Assembly (NCBI GenBank): GCA_963665815.1
Contig: OY762463.1
Location: 448,001 to 512,000, forward strand
Length of the DNA stretch: 64,000 nucleotides
Direction of reading: 5' to 3'
Source of the DNA: Candidatus Cloacimonadales bacterium
GTDB lineage: Bacteria > Cloacimonadota > Cloacimonadia > Cloacimonadales > JAIOQZ01
Below, one piece after another: positions 59,133-64,000 of the stretch. The notes beneath the pieces were generated by a model, which ran no database searches, was not told the DNA's origin, and saw only the letters and a program-made list of their open reading frames with translations. A program made the translations under genes and the position numbers. Within the stretch, counting starts at the first letter, position 1, and the number at the start of each line of letters is the position of its first letter.

Positions 59133-60497
59133 CTACATCTGCTTCAGTATTTCTTCCACAGCTTTCACAATCAGGTTATGGGCCGGATAGAATGATTGAT
59201 ACGGTTGAGAACTGTATGAAAAGTTAACAAGATCTTTCAGTTTTATTTTATATTGAACTGCCATGGTTATTTGATCAACTTTATCTGCAACGGGAACTCC
59301 ACTAACCACTTGGCCGCCAATAATGGTCTGAGTGTGTTTGTCAGCAATCAGTTTTACTTTTACTTTTTTGGCAAAAGGCATGATTGGGAATGCTGTAGTG
59401 AACTCAGCGTATCCTGTAACGATGTCAAAGTGCGACTCAGCCTTCTTAGCAGTAAATCCGGTACTGCCCACATAATAACCTTCAACTTTTGTCGCTGCTC
59501 CATTGTAGAAGCCCGGATAATCTTCGTTTCCTCCTAAAAGATTCTTTGCTAAAACTCTCCCCATTGGTACTGCATTAGTAGCAAGTTTTCCGGAAATTAT
59601 TCCACCTGTGATTCCGCTTGTAAACTGGCAGCAATCACCTACAGCATATATATCCGGTATATTAGTTTCCATTTTACTGTTAACTATTATTCCGTCTTTG
59701 CCTATATCAAGTTCTGTTTCCTCATACATGTCTATTGAGGGGCTCATGCCAACGGCAAAGACGACCAAACTAATCAGGGAAGGTTTATCTCCAATACTGC
59801 AATTATCAATATCATTCAAATGTATTGCCTGATTGTTATCGAGTAATACCTTCTCTGCATATTCTACACCTTCCAGTTTGATAACTCTGCTCTTGAGGTG
59901 AAGATTGATCCCTGATTTAACTAACTCTTCCTGTGCTTCTTCAATCATTTCATAATCAATCATATTAGGTAGGATATGATCTGCCATGTCAATCAAGTGT
60001 GTTTCAATATTTCTTGAATTCAGAGCTTGAGCTAATTCTATTCCAATAGCTCCTGCACCGACAACAACGGCTTTAGTTAATCCATTTTCTGCTAACTTCA
60101 TGATGTTGTTAAGATCGTTTTCGGTCTTGAAAGTCATTACATTTTTCAAATCGACTCCGGGAACAGGAGGAACTACAGGGGTTGCTCCTGTAGCAATTAC
60201 TAGTTTATTATAACTGAATTTGTTACCTGAAGCAGTCAAAACACTCTTTTCATTAAAATCAGTATTAACAACCGCATCTCTGATCAGCTCTGCACCGGTT
60301 TCAGTAACAATAACATCTTTTTTAAGTGTTTTATCGAAGGGAAGTAACCCTTCAATAGCATAAGGCATTGCACAATAGATCATAGAGTGATCTTCCGGGC
60401 GGATTATCCCAATCTTCATTTTACCTTTCAGATTCTTAGCTATTGTTATTGCAGCAGGTCCACCACCTATAATCAGTAATTCAAAATGCGTTTTCAT
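59133..60497 (-). CDS. FAD-dependent pyridine nucleotide-disulfide oxidoreductase (NADH oxidase/CoA-disulfide reductase family)
   Basis: IIGGGPAA, single redox Cys in YCAMPY, IATGA, VVGAGAIG, IYAVGD. Confidence 0.9.
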   Translation of the reverse strand: MKTHFELLIIGGGPAAITIAKNLKGKMKIGIIRPEDHSMIYCAMPYAIEGLLPFDKTLKKDVIVTETGAELIRDAVVNTDFNEKSVLTASGNKFSYNKLVIATGATPVVPPVPGVDLKNVMTFKTENDLNNIMKLAENGLTKAVVVGAGAIGIELAQALNSRNIETHLIDMADHILPNMIDYEMIEEAQEELVKSGINLHLKSRVIKLEGVEYAEKVLLDNNQAIHLNDIDNCSIGDKPSLISLVVFAVGMSPSIDMYEETELDIGKDGIIVNSKMETNIPDIYAVGDCCQFTSGITGGIISGKLATNAVPMGRVLAKNLLGGNEDYPGFYNGAATKVEGYYVGSTGFTAKKAESHFDIVTGYAEFTTAFPIMPFAKKVKVKLIADKHTQTIIGGQVVSGVPVADKVDQITMAVQYKIKLKDLVNFSYSSQPYQSFYPAHNLIVKAVEEILKQM

Positions 60498-60898
60498 TTT
60501 ATCTCCTTCATTAATTAATATTAAATTATAAATTTAACGTTATAAAACATAAACCCTATTAAGAGTTTATGGGTGAAACAAAGTTCATTCAGAATTGACT
60601 TTCTGGCAAGCTTTAAATCATTTAAATATGAATAGTATGCTTAAAGAGTAAGAGTTTTGAGAAATTTATTATGAAAAAGCCTATCTGGGAATTCATTGGT
60701 AAGCCCGAATAACAGGTTATAATGATAATACATAAATGAAGATGTGAATTACTCAGATAATTCGATATTTTCTTGTTAAGCAATTATTAAACATATTTTA
60801 TAAAATATGTAAGAAAATTTTTCAATTAACTTTGTTTTTACAAAAAAAATGATATATTTTCTTCGCAAGAGATAAAATATTCTTACATTGGAGGATTT

Positions 60899-62443
60899 AT
60901 GACAAAGAAAAGTACGATTGTGCTGATAATCTTTTTTTTGTTTCTAATGTCGGCATGTAAAGATGATGATACTAACCCAACGGGTCTAAGTGATGAAGAA
61001 GAACTGTTTAAGGCAAACGAAATTGCAATGCAGGGAATTCAGCTTTTGAATGACGAACTGGTTAACATCGAAGAAATTAGTGATAATCCAACAGAAGGGA
61101 ATGACATATTTTCAGAGTCAACATACAACATAATTAAAGCTAAGTTTGAAGCAGCTTTGCAAATTGATGATGATAATCCGATGGCACATCTTGGAATGGC
61201 TGTTCTGGAAGTTGCCAGTGTAAATTATGATGCAGAATTCTGGGATTTCTATAATGATCTTAATGTAGAATTTGACCTTATGGCTGATGATACGAATAGT
61301 CTCATGCACAAAGGCTTTGGATTAATTGCTGATGCATCGGAAATAAATGTCAGTAATCTAATGAATGTAACTGAAAGAGAAGACTTGATCACCATGAGTA
61401 GGTTCCAGAATCTTATTGATTCTAATTTACAGCCAAAACTTGATAGTGCTGTTTCTCATCTTGTATATGCTGTGAGTTTAGCAGATTCAAACAATATAAG
61501 TTTGGATAATGGTGAAGAAATCGTAGAGATTGACTGTGGTGAAATATACATGTTAACTGCCTGCGTCAGAGCTTTTTCCACTGCATTTGAGATGATGGTG
61601 ATGTATGATAATGATGTGATTGACCAAGATGGTGGATATGACTGGATTCATGAAATGGAAGATATGGATGATGATCAGTATTGGCAGGATTACTCTGTGA
61701 GTAATGATACTCTTTACATGAACACATATAGAAAAATGGATGTATCTGATTCTTTGCTTTTCTCTGTCTTGAAGTACAATCTGAATCGAAATGCATTTAT
61801 GAAGATTCGTTCAGGTAAGGATCCTGCTGTTATCAGAACAAAGTTTCTCAGTATAATTTCAGATATGGAAGCTGCAAAGAACTATATTGAGGCTGAGACT
61901 GACAATCAGGATGATGATCTTATTAAACTGTCTGATATTATCAACATTAATGATGATATTAGCGACGTTGATCCTGAGGATCCTCAATTTATGCAGGACT
62001 GGCATGATTTGCAGGATGTTTTTGATTGGGTCAGAGATGTAATGGATAACTCTTTCTCAATTACTGAAAACGGTGAAACCTTTGAAATCAATATTTCTGC
62101 ATTTTATTCCGGAGCAATGAATGATATGAAATTGTTTTTGCCCCTGCATGAATGGAAAGCAGAGAATGAATGGCTGGAGCGTCATCTTGATTGGGATTGG
62201 GAATATTTAAATCCCAATGGAGATCAAACTTATGATTTTGAAATGAATGGAGAATCTGTACATTTAACAGGAATATTAATGATAGTCGAAAGAGAATTTG
62301 AAGATGAATTTGTACCTATGAACTTTGTTGATAATATTGGTAATAAGATATCAGATGATGTAATGCCTTATTTCCCGGATTATACTTTTGGAGGCCTATT
62401 TCCGGATATGACACGAAGTAAAATGGAAATGATAACCGAATAA
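60899..62443 (+). CDS. Acidic hypothetical lipoprotein
   Basis: SD GGAGG; lipobox MSAC; Asp/Glu-rich and mostly helical, with a TPR-like segment (FEAALQIDDDNPMAHLGMA). Confidence 0.8.
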   Translation: MTKKSTIVLIIFFLFLMSACKDDDTNPTGLSDEEELFKANEIAMQGIQLLNDELVNIEEISDNPTEGNDIFSESTYNIIKAKFEAALQIDDDNPMAHLGMAVLEVASVNYDAEFWDFYNDLNVEFDLMADDTNSLMHKGFGLIADASEINVSNLMNVTEREDLITMSRFQNLIDSNLQPKLDSAVSHLVYAVSLADSNNISLDNGEEIVEIDCGEIYMLTACVRAFSTAFEMMVMYDNDVIDQDGGYDWIHEMEDMDDDQYWQDYSVSNDTLYMNTYRKMDVSDSLLFSVLKYNLNRNAFMKIRSGKDPAVIRTKFLSIISDMEAAKNYIEAETDNQDDDLIKLSDIININDDISDVDPEDPQFMQDWHDLQDVFDWVRDVMDNSFSITENGETFEINISAFYSGAMNDMKLFLPLHEWKAENEWLERHLDWDWEYLNPNGDQTYDFEMNGESVHLTGILMIVEREFEDEFVPMNFVDNIGNKISDDVMPYFPDYTFGGLFPDMTRSKMEMITE

Positions 62444-62455
62444 TTTAATACAGTT

Positions 62456-62485
62456 AGAGACTGATTAATGTCAGTCTCTTTTTTT
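62456..62485 (+). terminator. Intrinsic terminator between the lipoprotein and the beta-barrel gene
   Basis: Perfect stem AGAGACTGA/TCAGTCTCT with a 6-nt loop and a T tract. Confidence 0.8.
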
Positions 62486-62491
62486 ATTACT

Positions 62492-63832
62492 ATGAATAAA
62501 ACTATTTTTGCCTTTATGATCTTTCTAATACCATTAAATGCTTTTTCCTATGACTTTATTACTGATAACTTTTTCCCGAAATCATCATCTGAGAATAATT
62601 TTGGATTAGTAAACGATTACAGAAAGCTATATAACTATAAGCATGAAGATGGCAAAAAAAAGAAACTCTATATTCTGAGTAGTTCTTTTAAATATGCTGG
62701 TGAAGTAAAACACTTCAAATATGATATTGAGCTCAGAAACAGAAAAGAAGAATATTATTTCAACAATCTTTCAGAAATCAGAGATAATTTGTCATTCAAT
62801 GCTGATAACACACACATAGCGTGTGTTGTGAGGATGGAAAAGAATGATAAGAATTACAAACTGGGAGGACTATTTTCTGAAAAACCGGGAATTATTGCCG
62901 GATTCTCGAAAAACTGGAATAAGAATGCTCTAAATATTGATTACAAATTAATGTATTCAAAACATCAGTTTGAATATGGTATTCAGTCTGTTAATGACAG
63001 AATGCATTTCAACTGGTACAGATCAGAAGCAAATATAGATTTCAAACTTGAAAAGCATGTTTTTTTTACATCGCTCACAACCTACTTGCCAGATAATCAG
63101 AATGACAATTTCACTTACGAAATAAAAGGATACGAACTCAGATACGGATATCAATACAATACTGCGGAGTTGCTGAAAATATCATCATGTTTACTTCATA
63201 AAAGAATTTCTGTAGATTTATTCAGCTCAGGCAATAAATATGCACATCTCGACAATTTCAGACTATCTAAAATAAATATAGAAGTAGAATACTTCAAGCA
63301 TGATAACGTTGTCTATGCAATAGGAATGAATTATTACAAAACAAGAATAGGGGAGGAGTCTTTCTTTGATATCTGGCCATTTACTTTCTGGGATGTTTTC
63401 ATGTGCTCCAGAACAAGATTAAAAAAAATGGATGTTGATGTTTTTATACCGCACGCAGGTTTTAGCAGGGAGTTGACTCATGAAATATCAGGTTTTGTTT
63501 TTAATCATACTTTCAGCAGTTTTTACAATCATTTATTCGTCAATTATGATATTATCTACAAAGAACGATATTTTGTGCTGTACCCGATTATAACAGCATA
63601 TAGGACAAAGGAATTCAAGTTCAGTAAAATACCAGATGGTGTTGTGGATGTAAAGTATAAGCTGAGTGTAAATCATAAGAAACTTACTTTCAATATTTAT
63701 TTTGCACAACTTGTGCCTGTTGATTTCAGTTCCCTGAAAGATATAAAAGATGATTCAGATATTTCCAACTCAGGAAAATCGAAAACATGGGGAGGATTTA
63801 GTGCAGGGTTGATCATGAGTTATAATTTATAG
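62492..63832 (+). CDS. Hypothetical outer-membrane beta-barrel protein
   Basis: Signal peptide (MNKTIF...NAFS); aromatic-rich alternating strands; terminal beta-signal-like FSAGLIMSYNL. Confidence 0.7.
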   Translation: MNKTIFAFMIFLIPLNAFSYDFITDNFFPKSSSENNFGLVNDYRKLYNYKHEDGKKKKLYILSSSFKYAGEVKHFKYDIELRNRKEEYYFNNLSEIRDNLSFNADNTHIACVVRMEKNDKNYKLGGLFSEKPGIIAGFSKNWNKNALNIDYKLMYSKHQFEYGIQSVNDRMHFNWYRSEANIDFKLEKHVFFTSLTTYLPDNQNDNFTYEIKGYELRYGYQYNTAELLKISSCLLHKRISVDLFSSGNKYAHLDNFRLSKINIEVEYFKHDNVVYAIGMNYYKTRIGEESFFDIWPFTFWDVFMCSRTRLKKMDVDVFIPHAGFSRELTHEISGFVFNHTFSSFYNHLFVNYDIIYKERYFVLYPIITAYRTKEFKFSKIPDGVVDVKYKLSVNHKKLTFNIYFAQLVPVDFSSLKDIKDDSDISNSGKSKTWGGFSAGLIMSYNL

Positions 63833-63839
63833 ATAACTC

Positions 63840-64000
63840 TCATTGCTTTCTGTTTACTTTTAATCCCGGATACCATTTCCTAATACAGTCCGGACACATT
63901 GTATGCGAAAACTCAACATCATTGAATCTTTCTGATATGTATTCGGCAGGATTAATCCAGGGATTTCCTTCTTTATCGTCATCACGAATCATGTTGCAGC
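63840..64000 (-). CDS. 3' end of a CDS (not in the ORF track) with a Cys/His-rich tail seen on signalling proteins
   Basis: Minus-strand translation ...CNMIRDDDKEGNPWINPAEYISERFNDVEFSHTMCPDCIRKWYPGLKVNRKQ*, open to the window edge. Confidence 0.8.
   Translation of the reverse strand, partial: CNMIRDDDKEGNPWINPAEYISERFNDVEFSHTMCPDCIRKWYPGLKVNRKQ

Overview
AT-rich (roughly one-third GC by eye) chromosomal segment of a diderm, probably anaerobic bacterium. The C-terminal FlgD-Ig/T9SS-type sorting domain at ~10.7-11 kb is of the kind typical of Cloacimonadota and related FCB lineages (inference). About 50 CDS. Housekeeping and nitrogen genes: thrS, kdsD, gdhA, type III glutamine synthetase. A purine-catabolism-like operon: SsnA-like amidohydrolase, YdcF-like protein, fused Mo+FAD molybdenum hydroxylase, 2Fe-2S subunit, allantoinase-like enzyme, HD-GYP. 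Also signalling modules, two tandem hemerythrins, three radical SAM enzymes, a secreted serpin and several envelope proteins. I saw no rRNA, tRNA, CRISPR array, transposase, integrase or reverse transcriptase. Best candidates for undescribed biology: (1) a co-oriented cluster at 31.3-37.6 kb of six divergent exported paralogues with a probable CsgG/TolB_N/LpoB-like fold, ending in an exported YidD-domain/TM2-like fusion; (2) a ~250-nt nested rod-like structured non-coding element at 47.45-47.70 kb; (3) a radical SAM enzyme fused to an FNR-type reductase; (4) a secreted clostripain-family protein that has lost both catalytic residues. All family calls come from motif recognition by eye; no searches were run.
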